In this document: in pieces, positions 1 to 9,938 of the stretch
How the letters are laid out: each line of letters opens with the position of its first letter
Position numbering within the stretch: position 1 is the stretch's first letter
Origin: Vulcanimicrobiaceae bacterium
Lineage (GTDB): Bacteria > Vulcanimicrobiota > Vulcanimicrobiia > Vulcanimicrobiales > Vulcanimicrobiaceae
Direction of reading: 5' to 3'
DNA length: 64,000 nucleotides
Assembly: GCA_046262595.1 (NCBI GenBank)
Contig: JBHEMM010000002.1
Coordinates: 28,404-92,403 of the forward strand
Notes under the pieces: model-generated
The model's database searches: none
What the model was told of the DNA's origin: nothing
What the model saw: only the letters and a program-made list of their open reading frames with translations
Translations under genes and position numbers: made by a program

Positions 1-12
1 CCTACGCGGCGC

Positions 13-2940
13 CTAGGGGTTGGTTCCGGCTCCGAACGACTTCGTGATGAAGAACCGGATCGTCGAAGGTCCAAGGACGTTTGCTTGTGTCGCGGCGCTC
101 TGGCCGTTGGCGAGCGCGATTGGTAAACCGCTGCCGTATTGCGGCCAAAACGTCGAGTATTTGTTCGTCAGGTTGTCACCGGAGATCTGAAAGCTCAGTC
201 CGCTTTCGAGCGGCACCCGGAGGGTGGCCCCGAGCGTCGTGAACGCCGGCACGTTCAGCGAGTTGTTCTTGCCGAAATAGGTCAGGTTCACATTGGCATA
301 CATGCCGCTCCCCGAGCGCCAATTCAGCTCGCCGTAGCCTTGCGCGTACGGTATGCTCTGATTGCTTAAACCGTTCGTGGAAAGGTTGCCGCCGTCGATG
401 CCGCCGCTCGTGAAGTTCATGCCGGGAACGATTCCCAGATTGCTGTCTTGCGTGCATCCCGCACCCGGAATACTGCAGTAAAAGTACGGCGGCAGATCGT
501 ATGCGTACGCTTTCTGCAGCGCGCCTTGAACGGTGTAACCGATGCCGCTCGGCGGCGAACGGCGCAGAGAAAGTTCGATGCCCTGGAAACGCGCGTTGGA
601 GATGTTCGTGTACGTGTTGTAAAACAACGGCGTGTTTGCCGGACAATCGGTCGGCGCGCCGGTCAAAGGATCGATTGCCGGACAGGTGGTGCCGCTGTTG
701 ATCGAGCGGTTCAAAAAGTGGTTAAACAAATTTTCGCTGTAGATGTCGCCGGACACCGTCGTAACGCCATCGTGAAAGCGGTAGTCGCCGCCGAGATCGT
801 AGCCGAACGCCGTTTCGGGCCGTAAATTCGTCGGTGAAACTTGCTGCGTAGCGAACGGAGCGGGCGCTGAATAGGCAATCGGCTGGGTCGTCGCGCCGAG
901 GATTCCCAAATAAGGCGGCGCTATGGCCGAACCGGCCGCAAACCGCAGAGCCAGCGAGCCGGACGGGCGGAACTCCACCGCAAGCCGCGGATCGTAATGC
1001 GAGGTGTTCGACGTTGCGAAGAGCCAACCGCCGGCATTGAAGTTGCAGTTCGATACGCATGCCACCGGGTACGTGCTCTTATACGTGTTGAGGTAATTGC
1101 TCAGCGTAAGCGTGGTTTTCGTGTTTACCCGGAAGACGCCGCGCAGCAGCGCCGTCGAAAAGTCTTGCGTCGACCCCTGCGGCAAATTTACCGCCTGGTA
1201 AGACGAAACGGAGGCCACGTTGAACGCGCGGCCGGTCCTGGGACCGTTCGTGCGCTGCGAGTAGCTCACCGTCGACGAGTTCGTGGTGTCGTAGCTGAAC
1301 GTCGCCAGATCCGCGCCGTTGTCAAACGGATGGTTGTACTGAAACGAATAGCCCTTGAGCGAGTCGATCTCCGTTTGAGCATAGTTGTCGAAGAATGCGA
1401 CGGGAACCATTTGACCGTTATAGTTCCTATGCGTTCCGCTGTCGTATCCGTACAACTGGAGGTCTTGCACGGTGGGAATATTCGGAATGCCGGACCCCTG
1501 GAAAATCAAGCGGTGAATTCCGGCGGAATAGAAACGGGCGAGCACCGTATCATTTTGGAGCGTCGTTCGAATGTCGCCCTCGAAGATCGGCTCGTTGTTG
1601 TATTCTTCTTCCGGGCTGCGCACATAACCGATGTCGAGCGGCGAGTTGTTCGCCAGCGGTCCCGTGTAACCCGCGGCCTGCGACGGGCTCATGTGGAACG
1701 TCGCATGCGAGATATCGCCCGTGTTCGCGGCTTGGTTCGCCGTCGTTTGACTGCCGAGATACGTAAACGTGGCCGAGGTCGCGCTTGAAAGATTATAGCG
1801 CATTTTCATCAGCTCGCTCGTGTTTTGAAATAGGTTGTTGACGACTTGGCAGCACGCGACCAAGTTGTAGCTGTTTTCGACGCCCGAGACGGTACCGGGC
1901 ACGATCGGGGTGGGATAAGCATCGTTGAAGCCCACCGCCGTCCCTGAGGCGCCGTTGTAGTTCACGACGCCCTGTTGAGGCGTCTGCGGCGACACCCAAA
2001 CTTTGGCGCCGTTGCTGCCTGTTTGCAGATCGTCCGAGCCGAACGCAAAGACGTATCCGAACCGCCCGACCGTATCGGAAATTCCGAAATTCAAGATCTG
2101 GCTGCCGTGGCTGTCGTAACCCGCTGCGAACATACCGCTCGATTTGTACGACGGCTCCTTCGTGCGGAAGTTGACCGTTCCGCCGATGGCATAGTTCACC
2201 TCAGGCGCATCGGCGCCGGGACCTTTGACGATCTCGACGTTTTGCAGCATGAACGGGTTGAGGAACGTCGTCACATAATCGCCATACTGCCCAACGGAGA
2301 TGGGATGGCCGTCGATGAGCGACGCCGTCTCGAACGACAATGCGCCGCGCACGTTCGGAAACGTAATCGCGCCCGGTGCGGCACCATTGCCGCCTGTTCC
2401 GGGATAGCTTGCCACCACGCCCGGCGTCTCGTTGAGAATCTTCATCACTTGCGGCTGGCCTTGATCGATAAACGTCTGCGAGCTGATGACGCTTACCGAT
2501 GCAGGCGAGGTATTGAACACGCCGCGGCCGGTGGAGCGCACGCTCGCGATCGTACGAAGCGTGCTGAACGTTATCGCGCTCATCGTGATGGCGAGCGTTT
2601 GGCCGGCGCCGGCAGAAACGCTGATGTTCGTATCGCTTGCCGTGTTGTAACCGGTCTTCGTCGCGCGCAGCGTGTAAATGCCCGGCGTCACGTTCGCCAT
2701 CGCGAAGTTGCCTTGAGCATCGCTTACGGCGGTGGTGGTTTGGGGCCCCGTCACGGTCACGGTGGCTCCGGCAACGGGTGCGCCGTTGGCGTCTTTAATC
2801 GAACCGGCAATCGTCCCGGTCGTTTGCGATGCGCCCTGCGCGGGCGGCGTCTGCGCAAAACTCGCCGCCGTACTTAAAGGTCCGGCGAGGCCTGCAGTTA
2901 ACGCCACAACGCTCAGGATGCGTAAGTATTTTTTTAACAC
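13..2940 (-). CDS. TonB-dependent receptor with N-terminal carboxypeptidase-regulatory-like domain
   Basis: Signal peptide, then GTIAGSIKDANGAPVAGATV..GIYTL domain, plug motifs (NETPGV, VEIVKGPG, GGTVNFRT) and barrel motifs (LRPETAFGYDLG, GDNLTNK). Start set to GTG 2940 because GGAGG lies just upstream. Confidence 0.85.
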   Translation of the reverse strand: MLKKYLRILSVVALTAGLAGPLSTAASFAQTPPAQGASQTTGTIAGSIKDANGAPVAGATVTVTGPQTTTAVSDAQGNFAMANVTPGIYTLRATKTGYNTASDTNISVSAGAGQTLAITMSAITFSTLRTIASVRSTGRGVFNTSPASVSVISSQTFIDQGQPQVMKILNETPGVVASYPGTGGNGAAPGAITFPNVRGALSFETASLIDGHPISVGQYGDYVTTFLNPFMLQNVEIVKGPGADAPEVNYAIGGTVNFRTKEPSYKSSGMFAAGYDSHGSQILNFGISDTVGRFGYVFAFGSDDLQTGSNGAKVWVSPQTPQQGVVNYNGASGTAVGFNDAYPTPIVPGTVSGVENSYNLVACCQVVNNLFQNTSELMKMRYNLSSATSATFTYLGSQTTANQAANTGDISHATFHMSPSQAAGYTGPLANNSPLDIGYVRSPEEEYNNEPIFEGDIRTTLQNDTVLARFYSAGIHRLIFQGSGIPNIPTVQDLQLYGYDSGTHRNYNGQMVPVAFFDNYAQTEIDSLKGYSFQYNHPFDNGADLATFSYDTTNSSTVSYSQRTNGPRTGRAFNVASVSSYQAVNLPQGSTQDFSTALLRGVFRVNTKTTLTLSNYLNTYKSTYPVACVSNCNFNAGGWLFATSNTSHYDPRLAVEFRPSGSLALRFAAGSAIAPPYLGILGATTQPIAYSAPAPFATQQVSPTNLRPETAFGYDLGGDYRFHDGVTTVSGDIYSENLFNHFLNRSINSGTTCPAIDPLTGAPTDCPANTPLFYNTYTNISNARFQGIELSLRRSPPSGIGYTVQGALQKAYAYDLPPYFYCSIPGAGCTQDSNLGIVPGMNFTSGGIDGGNLSTNGLSNQSIPYAQGYGELNWRSGSGMYANVNLTYFGKNNSLNVPAFTTLGATLRVPLESGLSFQISGDNLTNKYSTFWPQYGSGLPIALANGQSAATQANVLGPSTIRFFITKSFGAGTNP

Positions 2941-3004
2941 GCGTCCTCCGGCAAAGTGATGCGCTTCACCCGCAAGCGCCACGCGTACACTTATCCTAGG
3001 GGCG

Positions 3005-5122
3005 TTAAAGTGCCTGCGCTTGCTTGAGAAAAAGTTGCTGCGCGTCCACGCGCGCTTCGCCCTCGGCCGGGTGCAGGCGGCCGTACGTTCCATCGGCCTG
3101 GAGCTCGCGTGCCTTCACGTTATCCACAGCGATAACCGAAAGGATCTCGCCGTCGATCGTTTGCGCGAGCAAAGGGTCCAGCACCGGAACCACGGTCTCG
3201 ACGCGGCGGTCCATGTTGCGCCCCATCCAGTCGGCGGAACCGATGTAGATCTCGTGTGCGCCCGCGTTCTCAAAAGCGTAGATCCGAGAATGTTCCAGGA
3301 AGCGCCCGACGATGCTGCGCACGCGGATCGTCTCGCTTGCGCCCGGTACGCCCGGCCGCACGACGCACATGCCGCGCACCATAAGGTCGATGGGCACGCC
3401 GGCCTGCGAGGCCCGGTAGAGCGCGCGGATGATCTCGCCGTCCGTGATTGCATTGAGTTTGGCGCGGATCCCCGACCGCCGGCCGGCGCGAGCGTGCTCC
3501 ATCTCACGCTCGATCAGCGCTATCGTTTCGCGGCGCAGGTTGATCGGGGCGACGAGCAAGTCTTCGTAGTCCGTGATTTTGGAGAAGCCGGTGAGCGCGT
3601 TGAAAAGCTGCGTAACGTCGGCACCCAGCTCCGGCTTGCACGTGAACAGGCTTAAATCCGTGTAGAGGCGCGCGCTCTTCTCATTATAATTGCCCGTGCC
3701 GAAATGCATGTAACGCCGGATCCGGTCGTCCTCTTCGCGTACAACCAGCGTCACCTTCGCATGCGTTTTCAAACCGGCGAAGCCGTAAACCACATGAACG
3801 CCCGCACGTTCCAGCCGGCGCGCCCAGTCGATGTTGTTCTCTTCATCAAAGCGCGCCTTGAGCTCGATGAGCACCGCGACTTGCTTTTCGTTCTCCGCGG
3901 CTTCCAGCAGCGCGCGGACGATCGGCGAATTGCGCCCCGACGTGCGGTAGAGCGTGGTCTTAATCGCCAGCACGCGTTCGTCGTCGGCCGCCTGGCGCAG
4001 AAACTGGACAACCGGATCGAACGATTCGTACGGGTGATGCAGCAGAATGTCTTGTTCGCGGATAGCCGCAAACATATCGCTCACGCCGATGAGGCGCTTC
4101 GGAATCGCCGGCGTGAACGGCGGATCGTGGAGATGCTCATAATCGGTCAGATTCAAAATCGTCCAAAGATCGACCGTGCCGATGAGGCCGTCCACTTCAT
4201 AGCAATCCGTCGTGCTCAAATCGAGCGCGTCCAACAGCAGATCGCGCATGTATTCGGGAATGCCGCGTTCGACTTCCAAACGCACCGGCTCGCCGAAGCG
4301 CCGCTTTTGCAGCTCCGACTCGATCGCTTGCAGCAAATCGTCGGCTTCGTCTTCCTGCAGATCGAGATCCGCATCGCGCGTTACCCGGAAGAGATACGAA
4401 TCGCGCACTTCCATGCCGGGGAACAGCGCGCTCAGATGATGCGCGATCAAGTCCTCGAGCAGCACGTACCACCGTTCGCCTTCGGCAACGCCGTCGACGG
4501 ATACGAAACGCGGCAGCGTTTGCGGAATCTTCACGCGCGCAAAATGCAGCTCGATGCCCTCCGGTGTGACCTCTTCAAGTTCGACCGCAAGCGAAAGCGA
4601 GAGATTCGAAATGTAGGGGAACGGATGGCCGGAATCCACCGCGAGCGGCGTCAGTACGGGGAACACCCGATCGTCGAAGGCGTGCTCGAGAGCCGCGCGC
4701 TGCTCTTCGTTCAGGTCCAGGACGCGCTTGAAGCGGATGCCGTGCCGCTCCAGCGCCGGCAGCAGTGAGCCTTTGAGCAACTGCTGCTGCCGCCCCAGCG
4801 AAACGCGCAGGCGCTCGGAGATCGCCTGAAGGTGCTCGCCGGGCAAACGGCCGTCTTCCGACCGGCGGTGGATCTGCGCTTCGATCTGCTGTTTGAGCGC
4901 CGCGACGCGGATCATGAAGAATTCGTCGAGATTGGTCCCGTAGATCGCGATAAATTTCAAGCGTTCCATCAGCGCCGCGTCCTCGTCCAGCGCCTCTTCC
5001 AGCACGCGATCGTTGAACTCGAGCCAAGAAAGCTCGCGGCTGAAATAGAGCGACGGGTCGTCGAGGGAACGCGCTGCGGGGGCCGGGTGCCCGTTCCCGC
5101 CGATGGAGGCCTGGGAGATCAT
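3005..5122 (-). CDS. ppk1: Polyphosphate kinase 1
   Basis: YFSRELSWLEFNDRVL, HHPYESF, ELKARFDEENNI, GRFLEHSRI, GSADWMGRN motifs. ATG 5122 preceded by GGAGG. Confidence 0.95.
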   Translation of the reverse strand: MISQASIGGNGHPAPAARSLDDPSLYFSRELSWLEFNDRVLEEALDEDAALMERLKFIAIYGTNLDEFFMIRVAALKQQIEAQIHRRSEDGRLPGEHLQAISERLRVSLGRQQQLLKGSLLPALERHGIRFKRVLDLNEEQRAALEHAFDDRVFPVLTPLAVDSGHPFPYISNLSLSLAVELEEVTPEGIELHFARVKIPQTLPRFVSVDGVAEGERWYVLLEDLIAHHLSALFPGMEVRDSYLFRVTRDADLDLQEDEADDLLQAIESELQKRRFGEPVRLEVERGIPEYMRDLLLDALDLSTTDCYEVDGLIGTVDLWTILNLTDYEHLHDPPFTPAIPKRLIGVSDMFAAIREQDILLHHPYESFDPVVQFLRQAADDERVLAIKTTLYRTSGRNSPIVRALLEAAENEKQVAVLIELKARFDEENNIDWARRLERAGVHVVYGFAGLKTHAKVTLVVREEDDRIRRYMHFGTGNYNEKSARLYTDLSLFTCKPELGADVTQLFNALTGFSKITDYEDLLVAPINLRRETIALIEREMEHARAGRRSGIRAKLNAITDGEIIRALYRASQAGVPIDLMVRGMCVVRPGVPGASETIRVRSIVGRFLEHSRIYAFENAGAHEIYIGSADWMGRNMDRRVETVVPVLDPLLAQTIDGEILSVIAVDNVKARELQADGTYGRLHPAEGEARVDAQQLFLKQAQAL

Positions 5123-5161
5123 TGACGTGGGATTCGCCTCCGCGTGCGCAAAGTCTAGTGG

Positions 5162-5764
5162 ATGACCTGGACCGACCTGACCGCGCACGTGCAGCAGTAT
5201 CTTGCCCTAGCCGTCAGCGCCCTGGCCGCGGGCGGTCTGGCGGGCCTGATACTGGGCGGCTTAGCGGCGCACAGCAGGTTGTGGCGCGCACCGCTGCTGA
5301 CCGCCGGCAACCTCGCGCGCGTGGTTCCCAGCCTGGCGATCCTCACGTTCATGCTGCCGCTCTTCGGCATCGGCTTTCTGCCGTCGTTCGCCGCGCTCTC
5401 GCTGTTGGCCGCCGCGCCCGTGCTGATCAACACGGATTTAGGGTTTCGCGGCGTGCCGCCGGCCGCGCTGGACGCCGCCGCCGGCATGGGCATGACGCGC
5501 ATGCAAACGCTGCTGCGCGTGGAATGGCCGCTCGCGGTGCCGATCGTGTTCACGGGCGTGCGCACGGCCGCAACGGAAGTGATCGCAAGTGCCGTGCTGG
5601 CTTCGTTCATCGGGGCGGGCGGACTGGGCGAATACATCACTACCGGTCTGCAGGCGGACGACGCGCGCATTCTCTGGACCGGCGTCGGCGCAATCGGGCT
5701 GATCGCGATCGCAGCGGAGCTGCTGTTCGCTTTCGTGCAGCACCGCATAGGAGATCCCGCATGA
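5162..5764 (+). CDS. Osmoprotectant/quaternary-amine class ABC transporter permease
   Basis: Hydrophobic protein with VPSLAIL, EAA-like loop (DAAAGMGMT..VEWPLA) and IGAGGLG. Confidence 0.88.
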   Translation: MTWTDLTAHVQQYLALAVSALAAGGLAGLILGGLAAHSRLWRAPLLTAGNLARVVPSLAILTFMLPLFGIGFLPSFAALSLLAAAPVLINTDLGFRGVPPAALDAAAGMGMTRMQTLLRVEWPLAVPIVFTGVRTAATEVIASAVLASFIGAGGLGEYITTGLQADDARILWTGVGAIGLIAIAAELLFAFVQHRIGDPA

Positions 5765-6648
5765 CCATTACCCGCAAAGAGTCGATCGCGCTTATCGCCG
5801 CGGCTTTGGCGCTGCCTCAGTGCGGCGGCGGGCGCGCCCGGAACGCCGTTCGCGTCGGATCGAAAAACTTCGGCGAAAACATCATCACGGGCGAAATCTA
5901 TGCGGCGGCGTTGGAGCGCGCCGGCGTTGCGGTGGAACGGCACTTGAATCTCGGAAGCACGCAGATTGCGACCGCCGCCATGCGGCGCGGCGATGTGGAT
6001 CTCTATCCCGAATACACGGGCACCGGGCTCATCGACGTGCTTCACCTGCCGCCGGTGCGCGATCCGCGCGCGCTCTTTGCGCAGATAAAGCGTCAGTATG
6101 CGCAGCGCTACGCCATGACATGGCTGCCGCCTTCGCCCGCAAACGATTCGCAGGGTCTGTGCGTCACGCAAGCCGTCGCGGCCAAGTACGGCGTGCGCAC
6201 GCTTTCACAATGCGCCCGCGCGGCGCCGCAACTGCGCTTCGCGGCGATACCGGAATTCGTGAGCCGCGCGGATGCACTGCCCGGATTACAAACATTTTAC
6301 GGCGGTTTCCATTTCAAAGCCGTGCGCACGTTCGACATCGGCCTGCAGTACGACGCCCTTGCGCGCGGCGATGCCGACGTCGCGACGGCGTTCACGACGG
6401 ATTCGCAGATCGACACCGGCCGGCTCGTGCTGCTCCGAGACGACCGCAAGTTTTGGCCTGCATACAACATTGCGCCGCTCGTACGAAACGCCGCGCTGCA
6501 GGCGCATCCGCAAATCGCCGCGGTGCTCAACAGGGTCTCGCCGCTGCTCACGGATGCCGCGATGCGCGGATTCAATTTCCAATTCAACGTAAAAAAAGCC
6601 GACCCGGCGGATATCGCAAAGGCATTTTTGGCGGAGCACCCGGTCTGA
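5761..6648 (+). CDS. ABC substrate-binding lipoprotein (OpuAC/OsmX/EgtU-like)
   Basis: ATGA overlap with the permease. Lipoprotein-like N-terminus (ALPQC), VGSKNFGE, DLYPEYTGTG, DDRKFWPAY motifs. Confidence 0.88.
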   Translation: MTITRKESIALIAAALALPQCGGGRARNAVRVGSKNFGENIITGEIYAAALERAGVAVERHLNLGSTQIATAAMRRGDVDLYPEYTGTGLIDVLHLPPVRDPRALFAQIKRQYAQRYAMTWLPPSPANDSQGLCVTQAVAAKYGVRTLSQCARAAPQLRFAAIPEFVSRADALPGLQTFYGGFHFKAVRTFDIGLQYDALARGDADVATAFTTDSQIDTGRLVLLRDDRKFWPAYNIAPLVRNAALQAHPQIAAVLNRVSPLLTDAAMRGFNFQFNVKKADPADIAKAFLAEHPV

Positions 6649-7424
6649 AGAGCGTCCGCTTCCGGGAGCTTGCCGTCCGGTATCCGGGCGCGGACCGCAA
6701 CGCCGTGGACGGGGTCACCTTGGACATTGCCTCCGGCGCATTCACGGTGCTGCTCGGGCCGTCGGGGTGCGGAAAAAGCACGCTGCTGCGAACGGTGAAC
6801 CGGTTGGTCGTCCCGCAAGCCGGCACGGTGCTCGTCGGAGAACAAGATGTGGCCAAGGCGGACCCGGCGCAGCTGCGCCGGTCGATCGGCTACGTCATTC
6901 AAGCGGTCGGATTGTTCTCGCACATGACCGTCGCGCAAAACGTTGCCGTTGTTCCGGTGCTCGCGCACTGGGAGAAACCCCGCATCGAACGGCGCGTGGA
7001 TGAGCTGCTCGCGCTCGTGGGACTGCAGCCCGAACGTTACCGCGAGCGCTATCCGCGCGAGCTCTCCGGCGGCGAACAGCAGCGCGTGGGCGTTGCGCGG
7101 GCCATTGCCGCGGAGCCGTCGGTGTTGCTGATGGACGAGCCCTTCGGAGCCGTGGACGCAATCGTGCGAGCCGCATTGCAAGACGAAATGCTGCGCATCG
7201 CGCGGCAACTGCGCACGACGATCCTGTTCGTAACGCATGACGTTGACGAAGCGCTGCGCCTGGCCGACGCCATCGCCGTCATGCGCGAGGGCCGCGTCGA
7301 GCAGTACGGCACTCCGCTCGAGCTCTTGCAGAACGCCGAAACACCGTACGTGCGCCGTCTGTTCGCGCGCAAAGAGTCGGAACGCCGGTACGACGAGTTG
7401 CGCGCTGCATTGGACGAGCGTTGA
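6645..7424 (+). CDS. ABC transporter ATP-binding protein (OpuCA/ProV-like, no CBS domains)
   Basis: Walker A GPSGCGKST, signature LSGGEQQRV, LLMDEPFGA, VTHD. Probable CTG start overlapping the upstream TGA; the start is inferred. Confidence 0.88.
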   Translation: MKSVRFRELAVRYPGADRNAVDGVTLDIASGAFTVLLGPSGCGKSTLLRTVNRLVVPQAGTVLVGEQDVAKADPAQLRRSIGYVIQAVGLFSHMTVAQNVAVVPVLAHWEKPRIERRVDELLALVGLQPERYRERYPRELSGGEQQRVGVARAIAAEPSVLLMDEPFGAVDAIVRAALQDEMLRIARQLRTTILFVTHDVDEALRLADAIAVMREGRVEQYGTPLELLQNAETPYVRRLFARKESERRYDELRAALDER

Positions 7425-8041
7425 GGTACTTTGTTACGCACTTACCCGCGATCGGAATCATGACGCTGCAGCATCTCGCGCTGGTCGCATCCGGCCTCGC
7501 CGCCGCACTCATCGTTGCTCTTCCGCTTGGCGTCTATGCCGCTCGTAAACCGCGTGAAGGAACGGCAATCTTTGCGTTGGCCGGTTTGATTTACGTTGTT
7601 CCGTCGCTCGCGCTCTTGGCCGTGGCGGTGCGTTATTTAGGCTTGGGCGCCCTGCCCGTCGTTCTGGTGCTTGCCGCCTACGCGCAGTTTATTTTAGTGC
7701 GCAGCATCGCCGCCGCGCTGCGAGCGGTTCCCGCCGCGCAGCTCGATGCCGCGCGGGGCTTAGGCTTCAGCGCTTCGCAGCAGTTTTGGCGCGTCGAAAT
7801 ACCGCTCGCAGCGCCCGTCCTCATCGGGGGCGTGCGGCTGGCGGCAGTGGCGCTGATTGCCATCGCGACGCTTGGCGGCTATGCGGGCGCGGGCGGATTG
7901 GGCAACGAAATTTTTCTGGGCCTGCAGCGAAAGTACATCGATCAAACGCTGGCCGGCAGCGTGCCGGCGGCGCTTCTGGCCGTTATCGCCGACGCCGCGC
8001 TTCGGCTGCTCGAGCGCAGAAGCCGCTCGCGGTGGGCGTAA
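7421..8041 (+). CDS. Osmoprotectant-class ABC transporter permease (second)
   Basis: VPSLALL, DAARGLGF..VEIPLA, AGAGGLG. TTGA overlap with the ATPase gene. Confidence 0.88.
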   Translation: MRYFVTHLPAIGIMTLQHLALVASGLAAALIVALPLGVYAARKPREGTAIFALAGLIYVVPSLALLAVAVRYLGLGALPVVLVLAAYAQFILVRSIAAALRAVPAAQLDAARGLGFSASQQFWRVEIPLAAPVLIGGVRLAAVALIAIATLGGYAGAGGLGNEIFLGLQRKYIDQTLAGSVPAALLAVIADAALRLLERRSRSRWA

Positions 8042-8053
8042 CCGCGAAGGCAG

Positions 8054-9049
8054 TTATTTTACCAGAAGATTCACACGGAAACGTTCGTGCGGATGGTCCG
8101 TCCACGATTGCTTCATACGCAAGCCTGCACCCGCGGCAATTCGCTCGATGTCATCGATCGAATACTTGTACGACGATTCGGTGTGGATCCGCTCGCCCTT
8201 TTTGAACGAGACGTCCAAACCGATCGCGTCGATCTGCACGGTATGCGCGCGCTGCGCCTCGAGATGCGAAAAAACCGCACCGGCCGCGGGATCGTAGTGG
8301 GCGACGTGCCGGAAATACGAAAGGTTGAACGTTCCGTCGAGCTCGCGATTGATCCGGCCAAGCAGATTTTTATTGAATGCCGCCGTGACGCCCGCCGGGT
8401 CGTCGTACGCGAGCTCGAGCGTATGCGGATCCTTCTTGAGATCGGTGCCGAGCAGTAAACCGTCGCCGTGTTTGAGCGAGGCCGCGATGCTTTGCAGCAG
8501 ACGCCCACCCTCGGAAGGCTCATAGTTGCCGATGTTCGAGCCCATGAACATCGCCAGCACGCGTCCCTCACGCCGCAATTGCTCCGTTCCCAAGATGCCG
8601 AAATAATCGCCTGCGTATGCGGTCACGCTCAGCTGCGGATACGCTGCGACGAGTGACTGCGCCGATGCCTTGAGTGCCTCGCCCGAAATGTCAATCGGAC
8701 AGTAGCGCAGATTGCGCTGAACGCGCAGAGCTTCTTCAATGAGGATGCGCGTCTTGATCGCGCTTCCGCTGCCCAGCTCGACGAACTCGATCGGATTCCC
8801 GAGCGCGCGGACCATTTCCCAGCCGCACTGCTGAAGAATTTTCGTCTCAGCGCGCGTGAGATAGTATTCGGGTAAAACGGTGATGGCATCGAAGAGCGCC
8901 GAGCCGAGCTCGTCATAAAAATATTTTGAGGAAAGGCGCTTGCGCGCACCGCTCAAGCCGGCCCGCACATCATCGGCGAAAGAGCCCGCCGCCCGGGGCG
9001 GCGGCCCGGAGCGGATCTCCAGGCGGGTACTCGTGGAAATCGCGCTCAT
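8054..9049 (-). CDS. egtD: L-histidine N-alpha-trimethyltransferase (EgtD family)
   Basis: SKYFYDELGSALFDAITVLPEYYLTRAE, VELGSGS, GSNIGNY, AYDDPAGVTAAFNKN, IHTESSYKY motifs. ATG 9049 with GGAGG. Confidence 0.9.
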   Translation of the reverse strand: MSAISTSTRLEIRSGPPPRAAGSFADDVRAGLSGARKRLSSKYFYDELGSALFDAITVLPEYYLTRAETKILQQCGWEMVRALGNPIEFVELGSGSAIKTRILIEEALRVQRNLRYCPIDISGEALKASAQSLVAAYPQLSVTAYAGDYFGILGTEQLRREGRVLAMFMGSNIGNYEPSEGGRLLQSIAASLKHGDGLLLGTDLKKDPHTLELAYDDPAGVTAAFNKNLLGRINRELDGTFNLSYFRHVAHYDPAAGAVFSHLEAQRAHTVQIDAIGLDVSFKKGERIHTESSYKYSIDDIERIAAGAGLRMKQSWTDHPHERFRVNLLVK

Positions 9050-9149
9050 CGTAGCCTCCATTACCCAGAAACGCTTCTGCGGCCCCGCCGGATGCAAAAC
9101 CTTGCGGCTACCAGGGAATAGTGCACTACAAAAGGAGTTCTTTACGAGC

Positions 9150-9938
9150 ATGAACAGCGGTGAGATTGCCATTCCGTGCGGCAGCGCCCAGTTGCCCGCA
9201 TATTTGGCCCGCCCCGACGAACAATCCGGACCGCATCCTGCGGTGATCGTTTTGCAGGATGTCTTCGGGTTCACCGCCGAGGTGAAGCGCGTCGCGGAAC
9301 TGCTCGCGAGCACGGGTTACGTCGGCTTGGCGATCGATTACTATCACCGCACGAATCCGCAGATGCGCGAGCCGTACACCGTAGAAGGCAGCCGGAACGC
9401 CTTCGCAGCCGCGGCACAAGTGCAAGCGGCCGATACGCAGGCGGACGTGCTCGCCGCTCTCGCATGGCTGAACGCGCAGCCGTTCGTCAAACCGGGAAGG
9501 GTTGCGCTTTGGGGCATGGGCTTCGGCGCGGCGCTCGGACTGCAGGCGAGTTCGTGCGCAGAACTGTGCGGTGCGGTGCTGTTCTATCCCACAAGTCTGG
9601 AGGTGCAGGCGCCCCCAGCCATTCCGCTGCTCGCGCTCTTCGGAGCGCACGACTATTACGTCTCGCGCCATCAGATGGAAAGCTTCGCCCGGCGCATCGC
9701 GCCCGACGCCGGCCGCGTGCAAATTTATCCCGAAGTCGGACACTCTTTTTTCCGCCTCGGCCGTCCGCAGGCCGTTGCCGAGCACAGAAGCTATTCCGAC
9801 GAGGCGGTAGCGCAGGCCGTTGCAGACGCTTGGAGCCTCGCGCAGGTTTTTTTGCGCGACATTTTCAGCCGTTCGCCGCTTCGCGCAGCCGTGACCGGCG
9901 ATATCCGTACGCCGCATACGCAGCAATCCCAATCGTGA
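9150..9938 (+). CDS. Dienelactone hydrolase family protein, nucleophile Cys replaced by Gly
   Basis: PAVIVLQDVFG, FGAHD and YPEVGHSF are present. The elbow reads WGMGFGA rather than GxCxGG. Confidence 0.8.
   Translation: MNSGEIAIPCGSAQLPAYLARPDEQSGPHPAVIVLQDVFGFTAEVKRVAELLASTGYVGLAIDYYHRTNPQMREPYTVEGSRNAFAAAAQVQAADTQADVLAALAWLNAQPFVKPGRVALWGMGFGAALGLQASSCAELCGAVLFYPTSLEVQAPPAIPLLALFGAHDYYVSRHQMESFARRIAPDAGRVQIYPEVGHSFFRLGRPQAVAEHRSYSDEAVAQAVADAWSLAQVFLRDIFSRSPLRAAVTGDIRTPHTQQSQS

Noticed and set aside
5122..6648. ORF-track long N-terminal extensions (also 5820-7424, 46484-49174, 35805-37292, 13-3093) suggesting fusions
   Set aside because: The extensions are low-complexity translations overlapping neighbouring genes; RBS and overlap evidence supports the shorter starts.
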